From contig JAFUUV010000002.1 in the NCBI GenBank assembly GCA_017471345.1, forward strand, positions 1 to 49,479: DNA of 49,479 nt. Direction: 5' to 3'. Below are positions 1 through 9,385 of the stretch, in pieces. The notes below the pieces were generated by a model that worked only from the letters and a program-made list of their open reading frames with translations, was not told the origin of the DNA and ran no database searches. The stretch's first letter is position 1, and every line of letters starts with the position of its first letter. Position numbers and translations under genes: made by a program. The DNA is from Ruminococcus sp. GTDB taxonomy: Bacteria > Bacillota > Clostridia > Oscillospirales > Acutalibacteraceae.

Positions 1-508
1 AAATATGATTATCCGCCAACACGGGAATGGGCAGACCAAAGAAGGTGCCGTTGCCGAACACCTCGCGAATCAGCGCCATCAGGCTGAGCGCAAGCGTAAA
101 GCCGGCTCCCATGCCGAGCGCGTCCACAGCGGAATCAAAGACTTTATTTTTATTGGCGAACATTTCCGCTCTGCCGAGGATAATACAGTTGACGACAATC
201 AGCGGCAGATAAATGCCGAGCGACGCGTCGAGCGCCGGCGCGAACGCCTTGACAAGCATCTGCACCATGGTGACAAAGCCGGCGATGAGCACGATGTAGC
301 ACGGAATACGCACCTTGTCGGGGATGACCTTGCGCAGCGCGGAGATGACGACGTTGGAGCAGAGCAGCACCACTGTTGCCGCCAAGCCCATGCCGAGGGC
401 GTTGGAAATGCTCGTCGAGGTGGCGAGTGTGGGACAGGTGCCGAGTACCAGCACCAAAACCGGATTTTCTTTTACCAAGCCCTTGGAGAAATTTTGCAGG
501 GTGTTCAT
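1..508 (-). CDS. rnfE: Rnf electron transport complex subunit E (3' end runs off the window)
   Basis: Minus-strand frame from ATG at 508 reads MNTLQNFSKGLVKENPVLVLVLGTCPTLA, the typical RnfE N-terminus; TGATG overlap with the rnfG stop. Confidence 0.9.
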   Translation of the reverse strand, partial: MNTLQNFSKGLVKENPVLVLVLGTCPTLATSTSISNALGMGLAATVVLLCSNVVISALRKVIPDKVRIPCYIVLIAGFVTMVQMLVKAFAPALDASLGIYLPLIVVNCIILGRAEMFANKNKVFDSAVDALGMGAGFTLALSLMALIREVFGNGTFFGLPIPVLADNHI

Positions 509-1023
509 CACATCGCCTCCTTTTCCAATCTATCAACCGCCTCAAACGCCGCGGCAAGCGCCTTGCGGTATGCCTTGGACGAAATCGTCGCGCCGGTGAC
601 GGTGTCAACGCTTTCATAGTCCTCCTCGGACGTGCCGCAGTAGCTGTCGCCGTAGTCGCTCGCGACGACCTTGGTGCCGATGCCGCTGGTCTCGCTGTGC
701 GAGAGGGTTTTGATTTTGACAATCTTGCCGTCCAGAATACCGCAGGCAAGGATGATTTCGCCGCCGTAGCCCTTGGTGGAGAGCAGCAGGACATAGCCGC
801 CGTTGTCGGCAAGGTACGCTTCCGTGACGCCCTCGGGAAGCTCCGCCTCGAGCGGCTCAAACGAGGTGGCTTCGGGCATGACCTCCAAACGCGCTTCCTG
901 CGCCGCCCGCTGCTCCGCCGCCGTGATAATCGGCGAGGTGACGGAGTTGATGAAGGCAAGCAGAGCGGTGACAATCAGACAAATCGCGCCGAGCACCGCG
1001 ATGGGCTTGAGGATGTCCTTCAT
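508..1023 (-). CDS. rnfG: Rnf complex subunit G (FMN-binding)
   Basis: N-terminal TM, GYGG, HSETSGIG and the flavinylation motif DTVTGATISS; ATG overlaps the rnfD stop. Confidence 0.92.
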   Translation of the reverse strand: MKDILKPIAVLGAICLIVTALLAFINSVTSPIITAAEQRAAQEARLEVMPEATSFEPLEAELPEGVTEAYLADNGGYVLLLSTKGYGGEIILACGILDGKIVKIKTLSHSETSGIGTKVVASDYGDSYCGTSEEDYESVDTVTGATISSKAYRKALAAAFEAVDRLEKEAM

Positions 1024-1955
1024 GGCTTCACACCTCCCGTCAGAGGCTTGGAGCGCGTCAGCTTGGAGATATACGGCGTGAGGATGTTCATAATCAGAAT
1101 GGAATAGCTCACGCCCTCGGGGTAGTTGCCCCAGAAGCGAATCAGGATGGTAATCAGACCGCAGCCAACGCCGAAAATAATCTTGCCCCATTTGGTATTG
1201 GGGGTGGTGGCGTAATCGGTCGCCATGAAAATCGCGGCAATCAGCAGACCGCCGGAGAGCAGCTGCGCGAGTACGTCCTTGCCGCAGATTAGCGAGAGCA
1301 GGGCGACGGTGCCGATAAAGGCGACCGGCGTGTGCCAGCTGATGACGCGGCGTATCAATAAATAGACGCCGCCGAGCAGCAAGGTCAGCGAGCAGGTTTC
1401 GCCGATGCAGCCGCCGTAATTGCCGAGGAACAAATCAAGGTAGGACGGCAGCTCTGTGCCGTTGGTCATGGCGGCAAGCGGCGTGGCGCTTGTCGCGGCG
1501 TCCACAGGCGTCAAAAAGCCTGCGGGCGCAATCCAGTGCGTCATCTCGCCGGAAAACGCGACGAGCATGATGATACGCGCGGTGATGGCGGGGTTGGCAA
1601 AGTTCTGACCGATGCCGCCGAACAGCTGCTTGACCACGATAATCGCGGCTACGCTGCCGATTGCCGCCTGCCAGAGCGGAATGGTGACGGGCAGGTTGAA
1701 GGCAAGGAGCATACCGGTGACGACGGACGAGAGGTCGGACACGGTGTTTTCACGCTTGCAGAGCTTTTCAAACAGAAACTCCGAAAGCACACACACGCCG
1801 ACGCAGACGGCGATGACAAGCATGGCGCGCCATCCGAAAATCACCACGGAGGCAATCGCCGTCGGACACAGGGCGATAATGACGTCCAGCATAATTTTCT
1901 GCGTGGTACGCGTCGTATGGAAATGAGGAGAAACGGTCGAAATCAGCTTGTTCAT
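1020..1955 (-). CDS. rnfD: Rnf complex subunit D
   Basis: SPH N-terminus, KQLFGGIGQNFANPA, DAATSATPL FMN site, MATDY, YPEGVSYSIL. Confidence 0.95.
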   Translation of the reverse strand: MNKLISTVSPHFHTTRTTQKIMLDVIIALCPTAIASVVIFGWRAMLVIAVCVGVCVLSEFLFEKLCKRENTVSDLSSVVTGMLLAFNLPVTIPLWQAAIGSVAAIIVVKQLFGGIGQNFANPAITARIIMLVAFSGEMTHWIAPAGFLTPVDAATSATPLAAMTNGTELPSYLDLFLGNYGGCIGETCSLTLLLGGVYLLIRRVISWHTPVAFIGTVALLSLICGKDVLAQLLSGGLLIAAIFMATDYATTPNTKWGKIIFGVGCGLITILIRFWGNYPEGVSYSILIMNILTPYISKLTRSKPLTGGVKP

Positions 1956-3265
1956 CCTTTTCCCTCCTTTTTGTTGCTTTGATACTGTCTGAGCACGAAT
2001 TTGGCAAGCTTGTTGGTCTGTACCAGCGGACGGTGCGCCGGACAGATGTAGGCGCAGCAGCCGCACTCCATGCACAAGTCCACACAGAGCGTTTCCAGCT
2101 CCTCCGCGCTGTTCTTTTTATAGGCAATCGCGATGGAGCGCGGATCGAGCCGCAGCGGACAATGGTTGACGCAGGCGCCGCAGCTGATGCACGGCGTGGT
2201 CTTGGGCGGCTTGGCTTCCCGGGCGTCCATGGCGACAATCGCGTTGGTGTTTTTGAGAATCGGGCAGTCGAGCGACGGCACGGTCAGTCCCATCATGGGA
2301 CCTCCGTAGAGCACCTTGGCAGGCGCTGTCTTGACGCCGCCGGCTGCCTCGAGCACATCGGCAATCGACATTCCGATGGGGGCAATCACGTTTTTCGGCG
2401 CCTTGACGGCGCTGCCGTCCACGGTCAGGCATTTTTCGACCAGCGGCATACCGGTTTCGAGGTACTCCGCGATGAAGGCGAGGGTGGTGACGTTAATCAC
2501 AATCACGCCGACGTCCAGCGGCAAGCCGCCCTTGGGAACGATTTTGCCGGTACAGTTGAAAATCAGCACCTTTTCGCCGCCCTGCGGATACATCGCCGGC
2601 AGCACCCTGACTTCCACACCGTCTGTTTTTGCCGCCAGCCTGCGCATTTCGGCAATGGCTGCCGGCTTGTTGTTTTCGATGCCGATGATGAATTTTTTGA
2701 TGCCGAGATATGTTTTCAGCAGGTCAATGCCGCGAAACACCGCGTCGGCGCGGTCAAGCATCGTGCGCGTGTCGGAGGTGATGTACGGCTCGCACTCGGC
2801 GGCGTTGATGACAACCTCCTGAAACACCGACATATCCTTGGTGACGAACTTGACGAAGGTCGGAAAGCCGGCGCCGCCCAGTCCGACGGAGCCGCTGTTT
2901 TTGACCGCTTCGACAAAGCTGTCGTAATCGTGCACATCGGGCGGCGTGACGTTGGCGTCGGGCGTCTGCAAGCCGTCGCTCTCGATGATGACACACGGCA
3001 CCTTGGAGCCGTTGCTGACGGTCATTTCGTCGATTTTCTGCACCTTGCCCGAGACACTCGCGTGAATCGGCGCGGAAATGTAGCCGTCCGCCTCGGCAAT
3101 CAGGGTGCCGACCTTCACCTCGTCGCCGCGCTTGACGACGGGCTTCGCCGGTCTGCCGATGTGCATCGACATCGGAATCGACACCGTTTTCGGCGGCGCA
3201 AGCCGGACAGGCGCGCAGTCCGCCGTGTTTTTTTTGTGCGGTACATGAATACCGTGTAGCTTCAT
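1952..3265 (-). CDS. rnfC: Rnf complex subunit C
   Basis: GLGGAGFPT, INAAECEPYITSD, YPQGGEK, GGPMMG and two CxxCxxCxxxCP ferredoxin motifs. Confidence 0.95.
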   Translation of the reverse strand: MKLHGIHVPHKKNTADCAPVRLAPPKTVSIPMSMHIGRPAKPVVKRGDEVKVGTLIAEADGYISAPIHASVSGKVQKIDEMTVSNGSKVPCVIIESDGLQTPDANVTPPDVHDYDSFVEAVKNSGSVGLGGAGFPTFVKFVTKDMSVFQEVVINAAECEPYITSDTRTMLDRADAVFRGIDLLKTYLGIKKFIIGIENNKPAAIAEMRRLAAKTDGVEVRVLPAMYPQGGEKVLIFNCTGKIVPKGGLPLDVGVIVINVTTLAFIAEYLETGMPLVEKCLTVDGSAVKAPKNVIAPIGMSIADVLEAAGGVKTAPAKVLYGGPMMGLTVPSLDCPILKNTNAIVAMDAREAKPPKTTPCISCGACVNHCPLRLDPRSIAIAYKKNSAEELETLCVDLCMECGCCAYICPAHRPLVQTNKLAKFVLRQYQSNKKEGKG

Positions 3266-3299
3266 AATATTCCCCCATTAAAAACGCATACATATATTT

Positions 3300-3328
3300 A
3301 GTATATCATAGTTGTCCGGTTTTGTACA
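3300..3328 (-). promoter_or_regulatory. Putative sigma-A promoter of the rnf operon
   Basis: Minus strand TGTACA-17 bp-TATACT, with extended -10 TG. Confidence 0.5.
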
Positions 3329-3465
3329 GGATTTTTTAGGGCAATTCATAAAGCATCATTCCTGAATTCATAAAACTGACACAGGTTAATATCAATAAAA
3401 ACAAATTAATATGATTACACAACGTAGCGCAATCCGATAATTATGCTCTTTTTTTTACAAAAACA

Positions 3466-3494
3466 TTGACTTTACGGAAACAAAATGATACACT
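3466..3494 (+). promoter_or_regulatory. Sigma-A promoter of the surface protein gene
   Basis: TTGACT-17 bp-TACACT with TG extension; AAGGAG RBS downstream. Confidence 0.65.
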
Positions 3495-3530
3495 TAACTT
3501 GCATAATACTCAAAAAAGGAGCATCTGTTT

Positions 3531-4949
3531 ATGAAGCACATCATAAAAAAAATCGCGGCTACCGGCGTTGCGGCGCTGCTTGTTGCCGGTACTGTGACCG
3601 CTGTGTCCGCCGCGCGTGTTGAAAGCAATCGCGTCATCGCGAAGACATCCGCCAACACGATGGAGTTATACAGCATTGAAGGCAAAAGGCTGCTGTTCAC
3701 CTTCGGTTCTGTCAGTGGCGAGTCAGCCGACGGTACTTCAAAATTTTATGTCAGCGTAGACAATGAATTTGAAAATTTGTATACCGAAGACACTGCCGAC
3801 AACGAGACGTACACCATCACCGGCTCAACTCAGTTGAATAATGTTGACATTACCAAGCACGTCCAAATCATTCCCAACAGCGTTAACGGCAATCTGGACA
3901 CGGTAGAATTTTCTACTGTTTTCACCAACAACACGGAGGAAGCCCATACTGTCGCGTGCAGAATCTTTCTGGATACCATGGTGGAGGACAATGACTACGC
4001 GCCCTTCCGTGTAACGGGCGTCGGCTCCATTGAAAACAGAACCCAGTTTGAGGGCAACGATATTCCCGAATCCTTCCAGGCGTTCAACAGTCTCTCGAAT
4101 CCCTCGATGATTGGCACCGGTTCCTTTGCCAAGGGCGCCGGCAAGCCCGATATCGTGCAGTTCACCAGCTACGGCGCGAACAGCGGCACCCTCATCCCCG
4201 AATGTGATCCGTCAAGAACCACCGGCGACAGCGCGGTCAACGCTATCTGGACCAACCGCACCCTCGCTCCCGGCGAAAGCTTTGTCTGCACTGCCTACTA
4301 CGGCATTGGTCTGATTGACATTCAGGAAAGCAACGAGCTGATACTCGGCGCGACCAGAAACACCTCCAGCTTCACCGTCAACGAGGACGGCACCGGCTAC
4401 AATCCGATTAAGCTGACCGGTTATGTCAGCAACAACGGCACCGGAACACTGAATTCCGTGGCAATGACTCTCAACGTGCCCGACGGCGTCAGCTGCGGCG
4501 AAGCAACGGTCAGCTATCCCGAGCTGAATGTACGCGCGGAAAAGCAGCACACCTGGACGCTCGAAGCGGCTCCCTCCGCTGTGGAGAAAACCGTGACCGT
4601 CACCCTTGAGGCGGAGTCCGCGGAAACCGGCAAGGTGGAGCCTATGTCCTACACCTTTACGATTCCGGCGATTGAAGGCGTGGAGCCGGAACCCACCACC
4701 GAGCCTGCGACCACTGTTCCCGAAACCACCGTAGAAGAGACCACTGTGGCAGAGACCACCGTGGCGCCCACCACCGTTCCCGCTACCACCTCCGCCACCA
4801 AGGACGAGGCGACCAAGAGCGAGGCAACCAAGAGCGAAGCCGCCAACGGCGCTGTTCAGACCGGTCAGGCAATTCCTGCCGCGATGATTCTTGTCGTTCT
4901 GCTCGCCGCTGTCGGTGTGTTATATTTTATGAGAAGAAAAGAAAACTAA
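3531..4949 (+). CDS. Secreted, probably sortase-anchored surface protein (beta-rich domains, Thr/Glu-rich stalk)
   Basis: Signal peptide, T/E/P-rich linker, C-terminal VQTG + hydrophobic segment + RRKEN tail. Confidence 0.85.
   Translation: MKHIIKKIAATGVAALLVAGTVTAVSAARVESNRVIAKTSANTMELYSIEGKRLLFTFGSVSGESADGTSKFYVSVDNEFENLYTEDTADNETYTITGSTQLNNVDITKHVQIIPNSVNGNLDTVEFSTVFTNNTEEAHTVACRIFLDTMVEDNDYAPFRVTGVGSIENRTQFEGNDIPESFQAFNSLSNPSMIGTGSFAKGAGKPDIVQFTSYGANSGTLIPECDPSRTTGDSAVNAIWTNRTLAPGESFVCTAYYGIGLIDIQESNELILGATRNTSSFTVNEDGTGYNPIKLTGYVSNNGTGTLNSVAMTLNVPDGVSCGEATVSYPELNVRAEKQHTWTLEAAPSAVEKTVTVTLEAESAETGKVEPMSYTFTIPAIEGVEPEPTTEPATTVPETTVEETTVAETTVAPTTVPATTSATKDEATKSEATKSEAANGAVQTGQAIPAAMILVVLLAAVGVLYFMRRKEN
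4794..4838 (+). repeat. 3x 15-bp coding repeat (ATKDE/ATKSE/ATKSE)
   Basis: gccaccaaggacgag gcgaccaagagcgag gcaaccaagagcgaa. Confidence 0.8.
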
Positions 4950-4973
4950 GTCTTTATCACTTTTAAGCAATTG

Positions 4974-5016
4974 ACTGCCGCATGAAGCGTACCGCGCTCC
5001 ATGCGGCAGTTTTTTT
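4974..5016 (+). terminator. Rho-independent terminator
   Basis: actgccgcatg...catgcggcagt stem followed by a T-run. Confidence 0.85.
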
Positions 5017-5154
5017 GCGCGCCTTCCCCGAGATTGCGGAAAATTTCACCGATTTTGCGGTGACAAACAGCAACCTTAACAATTAAATCCGCGCGGTACT
5101 GGCAAACGTGCACGAATCCGTACAAAAAAAGTTACCGAACCGAGTTGAAAATAC

Positions 5155-5183
5155 TTGAAAAAGACAGGCTTTTGTGGTAGAAT
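5155..5183 (+). promoter_or_regulatory. Sigma-A promoter of malQ-glgP
   Basis: TTGAAA-17 bp-TAGAAT with TG extension. Confidence 0.65.
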
Positions 5184-5266
5184 ACAGTTGATACTATGTA
5201 CCCGTGCGACTAACAGCGGCAGCATAGAAAAAATTCTAAATCCGTCAGAAATGGAGTTGATGATTT

Positions 5267-6751
5267 ATGGCAAGAAGCGCAGGCGTATTATTATCAATCA
5301 CTTCGCTTCCTTCCCCCTACGGAATCGGCACCATCGGCAAAGAGGCACGCAAATTTGCGGAGTACCTCAAGGAAGCAGGTCAGACCATCTGGCAAATTCT
5401 TCCCGTTGGACCGACAAGCTACGGCGACTCGCCGTACCAGTCTTTTTCAACCTACGCGGGCAACCCGTACCTGATTGACCTTGACACCCTCGCCGAGGAA
5501 GGTCTGGTGACCAAGGAGCAGCTTGACAGCTACGATTGGGGCGACAGCGACACCGAGGTTGATTACGAGAAAATTTACAACAGCAGATTTGAGGTTTTGC
5601 GCATCGCGTTTGAAAACTTCAAGAAACAGGATCAGAGAAAATACCGCTCCTTTACCCGCAAAAACAGCAAGTGGCTGAAAAACTACGCGCTGTATATGGC
5701 GGTGAAGAAGAGCTTTGATATGGTTTCCTGGACCGAGTGGCCCGAGGATATCAAGATGCGCGACGAAATTGCCGTTCGCCGCTATGAGCGCAAGCTCAGA
5801 AAGGAAATCGCGTTCTGGAAGTTTGTACAGTTCAAATTCTATGAGCAGTGGGAAAGCTTCCGCGCGTATGTCAACAATCTCGGCATCAAAATTTTAGGCG
5901 ATATGCCGATTTACGTGGCGATGGACAGCGCCGACACCTGGGCGAATCCCGAGCTGTTCCAGCTGTATGATGACGGCGATCCCATCGCGGTAGCAGGCTG
6001 TCCGCCGGATTACTTCTCCGCCACCGGTCAGCTGTGGGGCAATCCGCTGTACGACTGGGATTATCTTGAGCAGACCGACTACGAGTGGTGGTTTGAGCGC
6101 ATCAAGGCGGCGTCCAAGCTGTACGACATCACCCGTATCGACCACTTCCGCGCGTTTGCCAGCTACTATTCCATTCCTTATCCCGCGGAAAACGCCGTCA
6201 ACGGCAAGTGGGTTGTCGGTCCGCGCATCAAGTTCTTCCGCATGATGGAGGAGGCTGTCGGCAAGTTTGAAATCGTCGCCGAGGATTTGGGCACACTGAC
6301 GCCCGACGTCACCGAGCTGATGGAGCAGACAGGCTATCCGGGCATGAAGGTGCTGGAATTCGCCTTTGACAGCGGCGAGGAAAACGACTATCTGCCGCAC
6401 AAATACGACCACAACTGCGTGGTTTACACCGGTACCCACGATAACGACACCATCATGGGCTGGCTGGAAACCGCCAAGCAAAGCGATATCGACTTTGCGA
6501 GAGAATACTGCAAAATGCCTCCCGACGAGCCGTTTAACTGGGGACTGATCCGCACCGCTTACGAAAGTAAGGCGGACATGGCGATTGTGCCGATGCAGGA
6601 TTTGCTCGGTCTCGGCAAGGAAGCGAGGATGAATACTCCGTCTACCCTCGGCGGCAACTGGACCTGGAGAATGACCGAAGAGGCTATGTCCAAGGAGTTG
6701 GCGGAGAAATTAAAATCAATGTCTGTGAAATGCGGACGATTGGAGGACTAA
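5267..6751 (+). CDS. malQ: 4-alpha-glucanotransferase (GH77)
   Basis: RSAGVLLSITSLPS, GDSPYQS, GQLWGNPLY, RIDHFR, AEDLG, YTGTHDNDT, RMNTPST. Confidence 0.97.
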   Translation: MARSAGVLLSITSLPSPYGIGTIGKEARKFAEYLKEAGQTIWQILPVGPTSYGDSPYQSFSTYAGNPYLIDLDTLAEEGLVTKEQLDSYDWGDSDTEVDYEKIYNSRFEVLRIAFENFKKQDQRKYRSFTRKNSKWLKNYALYMAVKKSFDMVSWTEWPEDIKMRDEIAVRRYERKLRKEIAFWKFVQFKFYEQWESFRAYVNNLGIKILGDMPIYVAMDSADTWANPELFQLYDDGDPIAVAGCPPDYFSATGQLWGNPLYDWDYLEQTDYEWWFERIKAASKLYDITRIDHFRAFASYYSIPYPAENAVNGKWVVGPRIKFFRMMEEAVGKFEIVAEDLGTLTPDVTELMEQTGYPGMKVLEFAFDSGEENDYLPHKYDHNCVVYTGTHDNDTIMGWLETAKQSDIDFAREYCKMPPDEPFNWGLIRTAYESKADMAIVPMQDLLGLGKEARMNTPSTLGGNWTWRMTEEAMSKELAEKLKSMSVKCGRLED

Positions 6752-9123
6752 TGACAATGGGAAACATTATGGAAAAGCTTGAGCTGACCGCTCTGTCCAT
6801 GTACTGTAAGAAGGTTGAGGAGCTGACGGTTTCCGAGCTTCATCTTGCGCTCGGCAAGGCGGTTATGGCGGAAATTGCCCCCAACTGGGCAAAGAGCAAG
6901 GCGAAGCACGACAGTGAAAGACGCGCTTACTATATGTCCGCGGAATTCCTGATGGGCAGAATGATGTACAACAACCTCTACTGCCTGGGCATTTTAGGCG
7001 ACGTCACCAAGCTGCTCGCGAAAAAAGGCATCGACATCAATGTTTTTGAGGATATCGACGACGCGGCGCTGGGCAACGGCGGTCTGGGAAGACTTGCCGC
7101 CTGCTACCTCGACTCTGCCGCTACCCACGAGGTACCCCTCGACGGCTACGGCATCCGCTATAAATACGGTCTGTTCAAGCAGCTGATTCAGGACGGCTAT
7201 CAGGTTGAGGTTGCCGACAACTGGCAGCGCTTTGAGGATCCGTGGTGCATCCGCAAGGAGGACGAGACCGTCTGCGTTTCCTTTAAGAACCAGACCATCA
7301 AGGCTGTTCCTTATGATATGGCGGTTATCGGCTGCAAGACCAACAACATCAACACCCTGCGTCTGTGGCAGGCGGAGGCGCTCAACGAGTTTGACTTCAC
7401 CGCCTTCAACAACACCGAGTACGACTACGCTGTCAAGGAGAAGAACGACGCCGAGAATATTTCCAAGGTGCTCTATCCCAACGACAACAAGTACGAGGGC
7501 AAGGTGCTCAGACTCAAGCAGCAGTATTTCTTCTGCTCCGCTTCTCTTCAGGATATCATCCGCCGCTACAAGGCGAAGCACGGCAACGATTTCAGCTTCT
7601 TTGCTCAGGAAAACGCCATTCAGCTCAACGATACCCATCCCGTTTCCTGCGTGCCCGAGCTGGTCAGACTGCTTGAAATCGAGGGCATGGGCTTTGACGA
7701 GGCGTTTGAGATTGCCAGAAAGACCTGCTCCTACACCAACCACACCGTTCTCGGCGAGGCGCTCGAGAAGTGGCCTGCCGACCTCATGAAAGAGGTTATC
7801 CCCGTTATTTACGACATCATCGCGCTGATTGCCAACAAGTGTCAGGAGGAGCTGACCGCCAAGGGTGTTCCCGAGGAAATGAAGGCGAAGATGCGCATTA
7901 TCGACGGCAATGTGGTACATATGGCAAGACTGGCTACCTATGCCGGCACCTATGTCAACGGCGTCGCCCGGCTGCACACCGAGATTCTCAAGAAGGACCT
8001 GCTCAAAGAGTGGTACGAGGTCTATCCCGAGAGATTCCTCAACAAGACAAACGGTATCACCCAGCGCCGCTGGCTCGGTCTCTGCAACCCCGAGCTTTCC
8101 GAGCTGATTACCAAGAAGGTAGGCTCCGACGCGTGGCTGACCGACCTGAGCAAGCTCAGCGTCCTCAACGACTGTCTTGACGCCAGAACCATCAACAAGT
8201 TCAACGAGATTAAATATAAGAAAAAGCAGCAGCTTGCCGCTTACATCAAGAAGATGGACGGCTTTGACGTCAATCCCGACACCATCTTTGACGTACAGGT
8301 GAAGCGTCTGCACGAGTACAAGAGACAGCTGCTCAACGCCTTCTCCATCATGGCGATTTACTTCCGCCTGAAGGAAAACAAGCTGCCGGATTGGACGCCG
8401 ACCACCTTCATCTTCGGCGCGAAGGCTGCTCCCGGCTACGCCAGAGCCAAGGCGATCATCAAGTACATCACCGAGATTTCCAACCTTGTCAACAACGATC
8501 CCGACACCAAGGATAAGCTGCAGGTTTACTTCATCTCCAACTACAACGTCTCCTACGCGGAGAAGATTGTCGTTGCGGCGGATATTTCCGAGCAGACCTC
8601 TACCGCAGGCCTTGAGGCTTCCGGTACCGGCAACATGAAGTTCATGCTCAACGGCGCGGTTACCCTCGGTACCTGGGACGGCGCGAACATCGAAATCGCC
8701 GAGTGCGCCGGTGAAGAAAACGAGTACATCTTCGGCGCGAGAGTGGAGGATATCGAGCGTCTCAAGGCGCAGGGCTACAATCCCAGAGCGCTGTATGACT
8801 CCAACCCCGAGACCAAGCGCGTGATTGACACCCTCGTTGACGGCACCTTCGACGATGACGGCGCGCAGGGTGAGGGCAGCTTCAGAGAGCTGCATGACGC
8901 GCTGCTGATCGGCACTTCCTGGCAGGTGGCTGACCACTACTTCCTGCTGTACGATCTGCCGCTCTATATCGACGCGAAAATCAAGGCAAACGCCGATTAC
9001 GCCGACAGAAAGGCATTCGGCAAGAAGTGCCTCCTCAATGTCGCCAACGCCGGCAAGTTCTCCTCCGACCGCTCCATCCTCGAGTACGCCAAGGAAATCT
9101 GGCACACCTCCTACAAGGAGTAA
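6751..9123 (+). CDS. glgP: Glycogen/maltodextrin phosphorylase (GT35)
   Basis: LGNGGLGRLAAC, QLNDTHP, YTNHT, KRLHEYKRQ, EASGTGNMKFMLNG (PLP lysine); TAATG overlap with malQ. Confidence 0.96.
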   Translation: MTMGNIMEKLELTALSMYCKKVEELTVSELHLALGKAVMAEIAPNWAKSKAKHDSERRAYYMSAEFLMGRMMYNNLYCLGILGDVTKLLAKKGIDINVFEDIDDAALGNGGLGRLAACYLDSAATHEVPLDGYGIRYKYGLFKQLIQDGYQVEVADNWQRFEDPWCIRKEDETVCVSFKNQTIKAVPYDMAVIGCKTNNINTLRLWQAEALNEFDFTAFNNTEYDYAVKEKNDAENISKVLYPNDNKYEGKVLRLKQQYFFCSASLQDIIRRYKAKHGNDFSFFAQENAIQLNDTHPVSCVPELVRLLEIEGMGFDEAFEIARKTCSYTNHTVLGEALEKWPADLMKEVIPVIYDIIALIANKCQEELTAKGVPEEMKAKMRIIDGNVVHMARLATYAGTYVNGVARLHTEILKKDLLKEWYEVYPERFLNKTNGITQRRWLGLCNPELSELITKKVGSDAWLTDLSKLSVLNDCLDARTINKFNEIKYKKKQQLAAYIKKMDGFDVNPDTIFDVQVKRLHEYKRQLLNAFSIMAIYFRLKENKLPDWTPTTFIFGAKAAPGYARAKAIIKYITEISNLVNNDPDTKDKLQVYFISNYNVSYAEKIVVAADISEQTSTAGLEASGTGNMKFMLNGAVTLGTWDGANIEIAECAGEENEYIFGARVEDIERLKAQGYNPRALYDSNPETKRVIDTLVDGTFDDDGAQGEGSFRELHDALLIGTSWQVADHYFLLYDLPLYIDAKIKANADYADRKAFGKKCLLNVANAGKFSSDRSILEYAKEIWHTSYKE

Positions 9124-9138
9124 TCTTATTGATCCATC

Positions 9139-9170
9139 AGGGCAGCCGTCAGGCTGCCCTTTGTTTTTTT
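9139..9170 (+). terminator. Rho-independent terminator
   Basis: agggcagcc-gtca-ggctgccct followed by ttgttttttt. Confidence 0.85.
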
Positions 9171-9385
9171 GGTATATTGCCCTTGAGAGGGCAAGACTTA
9201 TCGCTGTCCTGTCAGGAGAACCGTTCCCTGTGCTTTCTGTTTTGCGGATTCAGGGAAACCATGAGCACACCGCGGACGCATCGAATTATGCAACGTTTAC
9301 AAATCAGGCTGAAAAACTTTGTTATCCAACCGAGGCGGATTTATGGTATACTGTAGGTGAACACAATCATGTGAGGAGGATGTTT

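Noticed and set aside
6994-9105. Long antisense ORFs (703 aa here; also 1979-3259, 31308-32846, 33840-35246, 39091-40584)
   Set aside because: Shadows of high-GC3 genes on the opposite strand, with no RBS or recognisable motifs
9288-9301. LacI/cre-like half palindrome ATGCAACGTTTACA (and GGCAAACGTGCA near 5101)
   Set aside because: Only one half-site matches; too weak to call an operator
9038-9385. N-terminal ORF-track extensions (dockerin gene; also rnfD, rnfG, parB, yfhO, the 43217 and 47387 ORFs)
   Set aside because: They cross terminators or promoters or overlap neighbouring genes; better RBS-supported starts lie downstream
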